From an uncultured Gammaproteobacteria bacterium (GTDB lineage Bacteria > Pseudomonadota > Gammaproteobacteria > Magnimaribacterales > D2472): a stretch of DNA of 45,865 nucleotides. Under the pieces are notes generated by a model, which saw only the letters and a list, made by a program, of their open reading frames with translations, was not told the DNA's origin and searched no databases. Below, piece after piece: positions 28,650-37,384 of this stretch; the first letter of the stretch is position 1; each line of letters starts with the position of its first letter. The translations under genes were made by a program, and so were the position numbers. The stretch covers positions 1 to 45,865 of the forward strand of contig CAXGZN010000002.1 in NCBI GenBank assembly GCA_964014565.1, in the 5' to 3' direction.

Positions 28650-29944
28650 TAAGATTCTTGCATCAAGGATTCAATTTCAGCAGGATCAGTTGGGACAGTA
28701 TCAGTTAAATTTTTATTGCCATCTTTAGTAACCAATACATCATCTTCGATTCTTATACCTATGCCCTTCCACTTATCTTCAACGTCTGAAGTGGAGCTTA
28801 TATAAATACCTGGCTCGATTGTCGTAATCATGCCTTCATCAAACTTAATGAATTCTCCTTCGTGCATATAATCACCTACGTCATGTACATCCATTCCCAT
28901 CCAGTGGCCAATTTTATGCATATAAAAATCTTTAAATGATCCTTTTTCATGCTCTTCTTCAAGGTTCCCTTTGATTATCCCAAGGTCTATTAGTCCCTCA
29001 GTTATAACTTTCTCAGATATTGTTTGAGGGTCCATTACGCCATTGCCCTTTCTGACAGCATCAACTGATGCTTTTTGTGCTTCAAGCACAATATTATAAA
29101 TCTGAAGCTGTTCATCACTGAACTTTCCATTTGCAGGGAATGTTCTTGTTATATCGGAGGCATACATCTCATATTCACAGCCTGCATCAACAAGGAGCAA
29201 ATCACCATCATTGATTACTTGATTGTTTTCAACATAATGTAAAACACATGCGTTTTCCCCTGACGCAACTATTGGATTGTAGGCTGGAAATCTTCCACCA
29301 TTTTTAGCAAACTCATACAGGTAAAAAGCTTCAACTTCAGATTCATTCATACCAGGTTTAACAAACTTCATTGCTTCCAAGTGAGCATTTGCAGAGATTT
29401 TGCATGCTTTCTCAATAATATCTATCTCGGAGCTATCTTTTATAAGTCTTTTATTGCCGATAACTTTTGAGATATCTGCAATCTCCATTTTTTTTGAGTG
29501 GCGATCTTTGCTGTTAGCTTTTTTAGTCCACTTAATTACCTTTTGATCAAAGCCATCAACCTTACCGAATGGATAATATACACAGCTCACGCCATCCAAT
29601 AAGTCTGGTAAAAGCTCGTCTATCTCATCATTATTGAATGCATCATTAAAACCGAAATCTGACTTCATGCCATCAGGGCCATACCTAAAACCATCCCAAA
29701 TTTCTTTTAGTTTGTCTTTTTTTGGAACAAAGCCTATAGAGTTAGTCTTTCCAGATTTGCTAATAATCATCAATGTTGAATCTGGTTCATTAAATCCACT
29801 TAAATAATAAAAATTACTATCCTGCCTAAATGGATAAGCAGTATCGTTACTTCTGTTGGCTAAAACTGATCCAGGAATAATTACAGCAATATCTCCACTG
29901 AGATTTTCTGTTAATTTTAGTCTTCTTTCCTCGTAAATCTTCAT
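28649..29944 (-). CDS. pepP: Xaa-Pro aminopeptidase
   Basis: 431 aa M24B protein with metal-ligand motifs DAGCEY, HKIGHWMGMDVHD and TIEPGIY. Confidence 0.92.
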   Translation of the reverse strand: MKIYEERRLKLTENLSGDIAVIIPGSVLANRSNDTAYPFRQDSNFYYLSGFNEPDSTLMIISKSGKTNSIGFVPKKDKLKEIWDGFRYGPDGMKSDFGFNDAFNNDEIDELLPDLLDGVSCVYYPFGKVDGFDQKVIKWTKKANSKDRHSKKMEIADISKVIGNKRLIKDSSEIDIIEKACKISANAHLEAMKFVKPGMNESEVEAFYLYEFAKNGGRFPAYNPIVASGENACVLHYVENNQVINDGDLLLVDAGCEYEMYASDITRTFPANGKFSDEQLQIYNIVLEAQKASVDAVRKGNGVMDPQTISEKVITEGLIDLGIIKGNLEEEHEKGSFKDFYMHKIGHWMGMDVHDVGDYMHEGEFIKFDEGMITTIEPGIYISSTSDVEDKWKGIGIRIEDDVLVTKDGNKNLTDTVPTDPAEIESLMQES

Positions 29945-29983
29945 ATCTTTATTTTACTCTCTTATTTGGAAGTTCCCAATTTT

Positions 29984-30008
29984 ATAAGCTAGAATTAATC
30001 TAGCTTAT
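29984..30008. repeat. Perfect 10-bp inverted repeat with 5-nt spacer, overlapping the start codon of the coiled-coil gene
   Basis: ATAAGCTAGA-ATTAA-TCTAGCTTAT. The right arm ends in the AT of the ATG at 30007. Lies in the 62-bp pepP / zapA-operon divergent gap. Confidence 0.4.
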
Positions 30009-30213
30009 GGCCAAAGATCTAAATAAGAATGTTTTGGAAGAACTCAATAAAAAAGTTGATGTTCTTCTTAAAAAGTTTAATGAGCAAAAAGGTATTATCG
30101 ACGGATATGTTAAAAGAGAAAGGGATTGGAAGAAAAACAAAACCCTTAATCTAAAGAAAATAAAAGATTTAGAATTTGAGCTAAAAAAAATTGCTTCAGA
30201 GAATAATGGCTGA
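30007..30213 (+). CDS. Small coiled-coil protein upstream of zapA (ZapB/TIGR02449-like, function uncertain)
   Basis: 68 aa, Lys/Glu/Leu-rich with a heptad-like pattern. Its position directly upstream of and overlapping zapA mirrors the arrangement in Pseudomonas-type genomes as recalled. Confidence 0.5.
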   Translation: MAKDLNKNVLEELNKKVDVLLKKFNEQKGIIDGYVKRERDWKKNKTLNLKKIKDLEFELKKIASENNG

Positions 30214-30466
30214 AATTGAAAGAGTTTACCTTAGAGTTTTTGGAAGAGATATAACTCTTGCATGTCCCTCTGATGAGAAGGATGCTCTCTTATCTGCAGC
30301 TGAGCTTCTTAATGAAGAACTAAATGGGATTTCAGATAAAGAGAATGCTTTAATTCTTGCTGGACTGAATCTTGCAAATAAATGTCTTAACCCTTCAGGT
30401 GAATCCATAAATATTGAAGGTTTAGACCTTCTTTTAGAAAAAGTTGATAAAGCTTTAAAAACATAG
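30206..30466 (+). CDS. zapA: Cell division protein ZapA
   Basis: The ATG at 30206 gives an 86-aa protein, MAEIERVYLRVFGRDITLACPSDEKDALLSAAELLNEEL, which is the typical ZapA N-terminal pattern. The track start at 30191 is a TTG five codons upstream. Followed by 6S RNA and a 5-FCL gene, as in E. coli. Confidence 0.85.
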   Translation: MAEIERVYLRVFGRDITLACPSDEKDALLSAAELLNEELNGISDKENALILAGLNLANKCLNPSGESINIEGLDLLLEKVDKALKT

Positions 30467-30495
30467 TTCTCGATAATTAATAAATAACTTATACT
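30467..30495 (+). promoter_or_regulatory. Putative ssrS promoter
   Basis: The -10 hexamer TATACT (30490-30495) lies 5-7 nt before the first paired base of the 6S closing stem. The -35 is weak: TTCTCG (30467-30472) with a 17-nt spacer. Confidence 0.3.
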
Positions 30496-30498
30496 AAG

Positions 30499-30682
30499 CC
30501 CATACTGGTTCATTCGTTTATATATAAGTTATTTTTTGAACCTATAATTTTTAATAAGGTGATTTTCCTCTGTTAATGTTGTGCATTACCTTTTTTTAAG
30601 AGAAGCCTGATTTAGCATGATATTCACCACCTGGACAAAGGGTTCGGGGATTATATGTGACGGTGAATCGGTTCTATGCCTC
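30499..30682 (+). ncRNA. ssrS: 6S RNA (RNA polymerase-sigma70 regulator); ends +/- 10 nt
   Basis: The 3' half, GAGAAGCCUGAUUUAGCAUGAUAUUCACCACCUGGACAAAGGGUUCGGGGAUUAUAUG, carries the conserved 6S blocks GAGAAGCCU, AUUCACC and AAGGGUUC-GGG in E. coli order (from memory). A long closing stem is formed by 30501-30527 (CAUA, UGGUUCAUU, AUAUAUAA) pairing with 30651-30678 (UUAUAUGU, GGUGAAUCG, UAUG). GGUGA (30558-30562) pairs with UCACC (30624-30628). Canonical zapA-ssrS-ygfA synteny. Confidence 0.8.
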
Positions 30683-30695
30683 CGTACTGAATGCT

Positions 30696-31259
30696 GTGAA
30701 AGAAGATATTCGAAGATCACTTTTAAAACGGAGGCGATCTCTTCCCGAAAAAGAACTAAAGCGAGTCTCTTGTGAAATTAATACTTATTTAATAAATGAA
30801 ATTCAAAATAGAGATTTAAAAAAAATTCTTGTTTATCAATCAATAGATAATGAGCCTTCAGTTGAAAAAACTACTGAATTAGCATGGCAAAAAAATATTA
30901 AAGTTTATATTCCAAAAGTTGTATCAAAAGAAAAAATAATAATTAACAGATTAAGGAAAGATTCTAGTTATTCAAAGAATAAATTTGGTATCAACGAGAG
31001 TAATGATTTAGAGACTGTTGAGTTAGATGAAATTGACCTAGCAGTATTGCCGCTGGTAGGTATTGATATAAATGGATTTAGGCTTGGATATGGAGGTGGA
31101 TACTACGATAGGTTCTTTTATCAGGATCGTGAGTTGAGCAGAAAACCATTTATAATAGGCGTGGGTTATGCATTTCAAATTTTAGAAGTCAGTTTTGCAG
31201 AAAACCATGACCTTAAATGTGACTCAGTTATAACTGAAAAGGGAGTTTTAAAATTTTAA
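30696..31259 (+). CDS. ygfA: 5-formyltetrahydrofolate cyclo-ligase (start probably GTG 30696; the track start GTG 30657 lies inside 6S RNA)
   Basis: Motif GYGGGYYDRF. The N-terminus MKEDIRRSLLKRRRSLPEKE aligns with the usual 5-FCL start. Downstream of ssrS, as in E. coli. Confidence 0.85.
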   Translation: MKEDIRRSLLKRRRSLPEKELKRVSCEINTYLINEIQNRDLKKILVYQSIDNEPSVEKTTELAWQKNIKVYIPKVVSKEKIIINRLRKDSSYSKNKFGINESNDLETVELDEIDLAVLPLVGIDINGFRLGYGGGYYDRFFYQDRELSRKPFIIGVGYAFQILEVSFAENHDLKCDSVITEKGVLKF

Positions 31260-31276
31260 GATTATTTTTATTAACT

Positions 31277-33529
31277 TTGTTTTGCATAACTTATGTTAAT
31301 GCAATTGATATTGATGGCGTGCTTGATGAAGAAGAGTGGAATAGTGCTCAACAAATATCAGACTTCACAACCATAGTCCCATATAATTTTGAGGACCCTA
31401 AATATCGAACTAATGTAAAAATCTTTACCAATCAGGATGGAGTTTATGTGGGTTTCATTAATGAACAAGATAATGAAACTATAAGGTCTTTTAACCATAT
31501 CCGTGATGACTGGGATGATAGAGGAGATAAGAACTCATTCACAATTGATTTTGATGGCAATTCTAAAGTTGCATATGGATTTACTGTCTCGCTTGGAGAC
31601 TCTCTTTCAGATGCAACATACACAAATGGTAATAGTGAGAGCAAAGATTGGGATGGAGATTGGATAGCAAGAACATTTAAAGGTGATAATTTTTGGAGCT
31701 CTGAGTTTTTTATACCTTGGACAGTGGTGCCAATGCAAAAAGTAGATGGTCCAAAAAGGAATATAAAATTTATTGCATTTCGATGGTTGGCTAGTGATGA
31801 ATATGGCTTTGGTTCAACAAAAACAAATTGGGAAAGAGAAACTTTTATATATGATCTTGAAGATCTTGTAATTGATAATTATCAGTCCAAAAAATATAGT
31901 TATTTCCCTTATCTAACGGTTGCGGAAGACTCTGTAACAAATGAGTCGGTTCAAAAAGCTGGAATAGACATTTTCTTAAATCATGGTGATGGAAGCCAAA
32001 CAAACATAGCTATTAATCCAGACTTTGGTCAGGTTGAGACGGATCAAGTTGTAGTTAATTTCAGCGCAATTGAGACTTTTTTCTCTGAAAAAAGAGCATT
32101 CTTTACCGAGAATCACTCCTTATTTGAAGTCAAGGGTGGGAGAGATGATTTTTACGTCATTAATACAAGAAGAATAGGTGGAAGACCAGATTATGATTGT
32201 AGTCGTTTTGAACAATCTGATATTTGTGAAGACAACAGAAAAGAATATTCTGATTTGGATGTTGCTTTGAGACATACCATTCAAAAAGAAAAAGTTGATT
32301 TAGGATTCTTAGCTGCGAGTGAAAGTGATGAAAATTTCTCAAAAGGAAGAGATTATTTTGCATTTAGAGTGAGGTCAAATAGTCCTCAAAATAAAGTTGG
32401 TTTTTTAGCAACTAAAACTAAGAGTAATTTTTTTAATGAAAGCTCAGATGTATATTCTCTTGATATAGAGAATACAGCAATAAAGAATACACAGATATCT
32501 GGATACTTATTGAATTCTAGGAAAGAAAAATCTACAGGCCATGGACTTAGGTTTGATATTAAATATATCCCAAATGATAAATATGAAAATACTACGGGCT
32601 TTCACTATTTTGATAAAGATCTTGATCTAAATGATATGGGCTATCTTCAGAGAAATGACCAAATCAAGTTTTATAACAGATTTGAGTTTGATAGAAACTC
32701 GTATCCAAAGGAATCATTGCTTAGAAGTAGAGATAGTCATATATCTATTTTCCAAACAATGACAACAGATGGAAAGAAGTCTCCAAGAGGAGTTTGGACT
32801 AGGACCGAGTTATCTTTTAAATCAAATTTCAATGTTGATTTATCTATGTCTGCAAAAACTGAAGGTAAAGATACTAATATTACAAGAAAATATATAGGCT
32901 CGCCCTATATCCAAATTATGGATGAGATGAGTTTTAATGCCGGTTTTGGATCGCCTAAATATAAAAACTTCTCTTTTGGTGCAGGTTTCGGATTCAATAA
33001 ATATTCTCCATATTCTTCTTGGAATTCTGATGGAAGAAATAACAAAAGTAAGAGGTTTAATGTTAATTATTTCCCCAATGATCAGCTCCAATTTAGTTTT
33101 GGTGTGGATGATTCAAAAGAAGAAGAATGGTTAAAGTGGATTGATACCAATAGACTAGGATCATTTACTAAAAACAGAAGAAATATTAATTTTGGCATGA
33201 CCTACTTTCAGGGTACAAGACATGAGTTTAGGCTTAAAAATCAATCTGTGATGATTAAAGCCGAAGATCCAATCCCATTAATAAGCTCACTTTCAGGGGA
33301 ATTGAGTGAATCTGATTATTTGATTGCCCCTTTTTATGTTTCTGAAAACTCCCTTCAGATGAGATATCGTTATGAAATATCTCCTCTTTCCTATTTCTAT
33401 TTAGTTTATACAAGGGGATATAGTTTTTATGACGACTCTGACACGTTCAATTATGAAGATCTTTATCAAGATTCTTGGGAAAATCCTTCCAACGAAGTTT
33501 TTACTTTAAAAGTAAGATTTAAATTTTAA
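31277..33529 (+). CDS. Outer-membrane beta-barrel protein with N-terminal CBM9-like domain (DUF5916 family); true start possibly upstream at 31253
   Basis: 750 aa. N-terminal IDIDGVLDEEEWNSAQ is typical of the CBM9-like/DUF5916 family. Alternating beta-strand pattern with a C-terminal aromatic residue (VRFKF). The track start TTG leaves only a 9-residue pre-sequence. Confidence 0.7.
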   Translation: MFCITYVNAIDIDGVLDEEEWNSAQQISDFTTIVPYNFEDPKYRTNVKIFTNQDGVYVGFINEQDNETIRSFNHIRDDWDDRGDKNSFTIDFDGNSKVAYGFTVSLGDSLSDATYTNGNSESKDWDGDWIARTFKGDNFWSSEFFIPWTVVPMQKVDGPKRNIKFIAFRWLASDEYGFGSTKTNWERETFIYDLEDLVIDNYQSKKYSYFPYLTVAEDSVTNESVQKAGIDIFLNHGDGSQTNIAINPDFGQVETDQVVVNFSAIETFFSEKRAFFTENHSLFEVKGGRDDFYVINTRRIGGRPDYDCSRFEQSDICEDNRKEYSDLDVALRHTIQKEKVDLGFLAASESDENFSKGRDYFAFRVRSNSPQNKVGFLATKTKSNFFNESSDVYSLDIENTAIKNTQISGYLLNSRKEKSTGHGLRFDIKYIPNDKYENTTGFHYFDKDLDLNDMGYLQRNDQIKFYNRFEFDRNSYPKESLLRSRDSHISIFQTMTTDGKKSPRGVWTRTELSFKSNFNVDLSMSAKTEGKDTNITRKYIGSPYIQIMDEMSFNAGFGSPKYKNFSFGAGFGFNKYSPYSSWNSDGRNNKSKRFNVNYFPNDQLQFSFGVDDSKEEEWLKWIDTNRLGSFTKNRRNINFGMTYFQGTRHEFRLKNQSVMIKAEDPIPLISSLSGELSESDYLIAPFYVSENSLQMRYRYEISPLSYFYLVYTRGYSFYDDSDTFNYEDLYQDSWENPSNEVFTLKVRFKF

Positions 33530-34643
33530 GCTTCTTAACAAAAAGTCTTATATCTTTTTCTAAAGTCTCAGGCTTTTCAAGGGCTGCAAAATGGCCTCCA
33601 TCATAGTGCTCCCAGTGGATAAGGTTATATATTTCTTCTGCCCAGGCTTTAGGCGGAAGCATAATCTCATTTTTAAAAAGTGCGCAGCCGGTAGGTACTT
33701 CAACTTTTGACTTCGAAAACCCTTCCCTTCCATTCTCGTTATAAAGTCTCATTGAGGAAGTTATTGATTCTGAAAACCAATATAAAGAAACTATAGACAG
33801 GACATCTTCTAGACTTACGATCAATTTATCTTTCTCATCATCAGTCCAAGAATGAAACTTCTCAATAATCCATCCCGCTAAACCAACAGGAGAATCGTTA
33901 AGTGAGTATCCAAGAGTTTGTGGTTTGGTCCTTTGAATTTCAAAATATCCACTTCCTAACTCCAGGTATTTAGCATACCTTCCGAGCAAAAGTTTTTCCT
34001 GATCTGTGACTCCTTCCATGGGATCATCTTTTTCAGGTGGAAAAGCGATAACTAGATTTAAATGCAGGCCCAACACTTCATTAGGAAAGAGTTCAGCAGA
34101 CCATTTGCTTACTGTTGAACCCCAATCACCACCTTGAACAAGATACTTTTTATATCCAAGAGCAGTCATAAGCTCATGATTAATTTCAGCTATTTTTTTT
34201 GAGTCATAGCCTTTTTGACTTGGCTTATCTGAAAAACCATACCCTGGCATAGACGGACATATAACATCAAAGCTTAGACCATCTTTTTCCTTGTTAAGTA
34301 AAGGAATAATTTTAAAAAATTCCTGAATACTCCCAGGCCATCCATGAGTTATTATGATTGGTATAGAATTTTCAGAATCTGATTTTGAATGAATAAAGTG
34401 TATCTCCAGATCATCCTTTGTCTTAAATTTATAACTTCCAAAATCATTTATTTGTTTCTCATGTGTCTTCCAGTCAAAATCATTTCTCCAGTACTGGACA
34501 GCGTCTTTTAGAAAACTTTTTTTGGTCCCAAGGGTCCAGATCTCATCATTAACTTCATCGGGCCATCTTGTAAGATCTATTCTTTTATAAAGATCATCTA
34601 TTTTGGATTCATCTACAGAAACCTTGAATTCTCTGATAGTCAT
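33519..34643 (-). CDS. Epoxide hydrolase (microsomal-EH type, EHN N-terminal domain plus alpha/beta fold)
   Basis: 374 aa. The N-terminal FKVSVDESKIDDLYKRIDLTRWPDE (EHN) is followed by HGWPGS and the nucleophile region GGDWGS. Confidence 0.85.
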   Translation of the reverse strand: MTIREFKVSVDESKIDDLYKRIDLTRWPDEVNDEIWTLGTKKSFLKDAVQYWRNDFDWKTHEKQINDFGSYKFKTKDDLEIHFIHSKSDSENSIPIIITHGWPGSIQEFFKIIPLLNKEKDGLSFDVICPSMPGYGFSDKPSQKGYDSKKIAEINHELMTALGYKKYLVQGGDWGSTVSKWSAELFPNEVLGLHLNLVIAFPPEKDDPMEGVTDQEKLLLGRYAKYLELGSGYFEIQRTKPQTLGYSLNDSPVGLAGWIIEKFHSWTDDEKDKLIVSLEDVLSIVSLYWFSESITSSMRLYNENGREGFSKSKVEVPTGCALFKNEIMLPPKAWAEEIYNLIHWEHYDGGHFAALEKPETLEKDIRLFVKKLKI

Positions 34644-36179
34644 TTACTCAAGAAAATGTTTGTAAGCTATATTTGAAGTCTCTTCTGTGAAGGTGTATCC
34701 AGTTCTCTTTAAATATCTTTTTAGTAGCTCTTTATTCTTTGAGCTATCTTGGATGCCCACCAAAACTTTGCCAAAAGCAGAACCTAAATTCCTATAATGA
34801 AAAAGTGTTATATTCCATTTATTACCTAATTTTTCTAAGAAATCCAGCAATGCTCCTGGCCTTTCAGGAAACTCCATCCTAAAAACTCTCTCAGTTCTAG
34901 CAGCTGCACTTCTCCCACCAACCATATGTCGCAAATGGTCATTTGAAATCTCATTTTTTGTAAGATCTTTAAAAGGATAGTTATTTTTAGATAATCTGTT
35001 TTTAAGTGATATAAAGTTTTTAGATGACTTTGTTTTTATTCCAACAAGTACATGTGCATCATTTGGATCAGAGAGCCTATAATTAAACTCGGTGATCTGA
35101 GAATTTGAAAATATTTTTGATAGTTTTAAAAAACTCCCAGCTTTTTCAGGAATTTGGATACTAAGAATCTTTTCTTTGTCCTCTCCGAGTTCTGACCTTT
35201 CAACAATATAGCTTAATCTATCAAAATTTAGGTTTGCACCACTACTTATTGCTAGCAGATTCTTTTTCTTTTTTGATGAGTATTTCTTCAGTCCTGCTAG
35301 CGCTACTGCTCCGGCTGGCTCAGACATTACTCTTGTGTCTTCAAAAAGATCTTTTACAGCAGCACATACCTCATCAATAGTTACCGTTATTACTCCATCT
35401 ATGCATTCTTTAATTACATCAAAATTGTTTTTACCAACTTGTTCTACAGCAACACCGTCAGCAAAAATTCCTACGCTCTTTAGTCTTACTCTCTTATTTG
35501 CTTTGAGAGCCTCATAAAGACATGCAGAATCATCAACCTCGACTCCATAGATTTTTGTTTTTTTGTTTTTTTGAGCTATCCATGCAGAAACTCCTGCCAG
35601 AAGACCTCCTCCACCAACTGGGACAAATATTGCGTCTAGGTCATCATTTGTTTCTAAAATTTCTTTTCCGACTGTTCCTTGGCCAGCTATTGTGTATGGA
35701 TCATCAAACGGATGAATAAATTCTTTCTTCTCCTTTTTACAAATTTCATATGCATGCTTTACGGCTTGGTCATAATTATCACCAAATAGTTTCACTCTTG
35801 CTCCAAAATCTTTAACAGCCCTAATCTTTATTTCTGGGGTTGTTTTAGGCATAACTATAAGACATTTAATTTTTAATTTTTTGCATGCGCTTGCTACTCC
35901 TTGAGCATGATTACCAGCAGATGCAGCAATAACACCTAATTTAAGCTTATCTTTTTTGATATTCACAATTTTGTTGTAGGCGCCTCTATTTTTAAAGGAA
36001 AAAATAGGTTGTAAATCCTCTCTCTTTAGGAAAACATTATGTCCAAGTTTATTCGAAAGGTTGGTCGCATTAGTGATTGGAGAAATATTAGCTACATCAT
36101 AAACACTAGAATTCTCAATCAAAGATAAATATCTTTTTGATTTAGCAAAATTCTTTGTTCTTTTATTAGATATTTTCAC
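34644..36179 (-). CDS. ilvA: Biosynthetic threonine ammonia-lyase (threonine deaminase)
   Basis: 511 aa with a GTG start, PLP-lysine motif FSFKNRGAYNK, and two C-terminal ACT-like regulatory repeats. Confidence 0.92.
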   Translation of the reverse strand: MKISNKRTKNFAKSKRYLSLIENSSVYDVANISPITNATNLSNKLGHNVFLKREDLQPIFSFKNRGAYNKIVNIKKDKLKLGVIAASAGNHAQGVASACKKLKIKCLIVMPKTTPEIKIRAVKDFGARVKLFGDNYDQAVKHAYEICKKEKKEFIHPFDDPYTIAGQGTVGKEILETNDDLDAIFVPVGGGGLLAGVSAWIAQKNKKTKIYGVEVDDSACLYEALKANKRVRLKSVGIFADGVAVEQVGKNNFDVIKECIDGVITVTIDEVCAAVKDLFEDTRVMSEPAGAVALAGLKKYSSKKKKNLLAISSGANLNFDRLSYIVERSELGEDKEKILSIQIPEKAGSFLKLSKIFSNSQITEFNYRLSDPNDAHVLVGIKTKSSKNFISLKNRLSKNNYPFKDLTKNEISNDHLRHMVGGRSAAARTERVFRMEFPERPGALLDFLEKLGNKWNITLFHYRNLGSAFGKVLVGIQDSSKNKELLKRYLKRTGYTFTEETSNIAYKHFLE

Positions 36180-36210
36180 AGCTCATTCCTCATTGGAGTA
36201 TTATAGCTTT

Positions 36211-36846
36211 ATGAGCGATGCAAAGATAAGGGCTGCAGAAAAAGCATTTAATTATCTCAAGCCTAAACTTAATTCAAACTCTATCTTAGGAATTGGAACT
36301 GGATCAACAGTTAATTGTTTCATTGAGCTGTTGCGACCATGCCCTGCCCTTGTGAAAGGTGCAGTTTCCAGCTCTAATGCTTCAACAAATCTCTTGAGAG
36401 ATATAGGTATAGATGTCTTTAATTTAAATGATGTTGATGAGATTGAGTTCTATATTGACGGAGCAGATGAAATTGCTGACGATTTATCTCTCATTAAAGG
36501 TGGAGGTGGTGCGCATACAAAAGAGAAAATCATTGCATCAGCCTCTAAAAACTTCCTATGCATTGCGGATCAATCAAAAATAGTCTCAAAATTAGGGAGC
36601 TTCCCAATTCCTGTTGAGGTCTTGTCGCAAGCTAGAAGTTTTGTTGCAAGGAAATTAATGGCTTTGGGAGGTACTCCAAAATTGAGACATGATTTTATTA
36701 CTGATCAAGGTAATGAAATTCTTGATTTGAGCGGAATGACAGTTGATGACCCAATATTTTTAGAAACAAAGATTAATTCAATTCCCGGAGTTGTAGATAA
36801 TGGAATTTTTGGATTGCGAAAAGCAGATCAAATATTTATCGGCTAA
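36211..36846 (+). CDS. rpiA: Ribose-5-phosphate isomerase A (ATG 36211 preferred; the track start is TTG 36193)
   Basis: Motifs GIGTGSTV, DGADEI and KGGGGAHTKEK. MSDAKIRAAEKAF aligns with the usual RpiA N-terminus. Confidence 0.9.
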   Translation: MSDAKIRAAEKAFNYLKPKLNSNSILGIGTGSTVNCFIELLRPCPALVKGAVSSSNASTNLLRDIGIDVFNLNDVDEIEFYIDGADEIADDLSLIKGGGGAHTKEKIIASASKNFLCIADQSKIVSKLGSFPIPVEVLSQARSFVARKLMALGGTPKLRHDFITDQGNEILDLSGMTVDDPIFLETKINSIPGVVDNGIFGLRKADQIFIG

Positions 36847-37368
36847 TTAGAGAAGATTTTCTATTTTGCCAGCTAATGACTCTGGTAAAACTTTCGAGTC
36901 ATACATTCCAACCAGTTTGCCCTCTTTTGAAATAAGAAATTTATTAAAATTCCAAGATGGCTCTTTGCCAGATTCTCGAGAAAGTTTTTTAAAAAGCGGG
37001 TGTGCTTGATCTCCTCTAACACGAGTAGTCGCATAAAGAGGAAATGTTACATTATAAGTTGCGTCACAAAATTCAGCAGTTTTAGACTCTTCTGTAAATT
37101 CTTGCCACATAAAATCACGAGATGGAACGCCAATTACTGTAAAACCTTTATCACCATATTCTGAATATAATTTTTGTAATCCTTCGTACTGAGGCGTATA
37201 GCCACACTTACTAGCTACATTAACTATTAAGATAACGTCGCCATCATATTTGCAAAGACTCTCAGACTCAGTTGAATCAAGTATCCTAAGGTCTTCATCA
37301 ATCAAGGAGCTACAAGCAAAACTTGACGCTGAAAAAAGAACAATAAATATTGATAATAGATTTTTCAT
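36847..37368 (-). CDS. Glutathione peroxidase (Cys-type), with signal peptide
   Basis: 173 aa with GPx signatures NVASKCGYTPQY and WNFNKFLI. Hydrophobic N-terminal leader ending FACS. Confidence 0.88.
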   Translation of the reverse strand: MKNLLSIFIVLFSASSFACSSLIDEDLRILDSTESESLCKYDGDVILIVNVASKCGYTPQYEGLQKLYSEYGDKGFTVIGVPSRDFMWQEFTEESKTAEFCDATYNVTFPLYATTRVRGDQAHPLFKKLSRESGKEPSWNFNKFLISKEGKLVGMYDSKVLPESLAGKIENLL

Positions 37369-37384
37369 GGTGTTGGATTATAAC

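Noticed and set aside
30226-30513. 95-aa minus-strand ORF
   Set aside because: It is antisense to zapA and runs into the 6S RNA promoter and 5' end. The zapA and 6S assignments explain the region.
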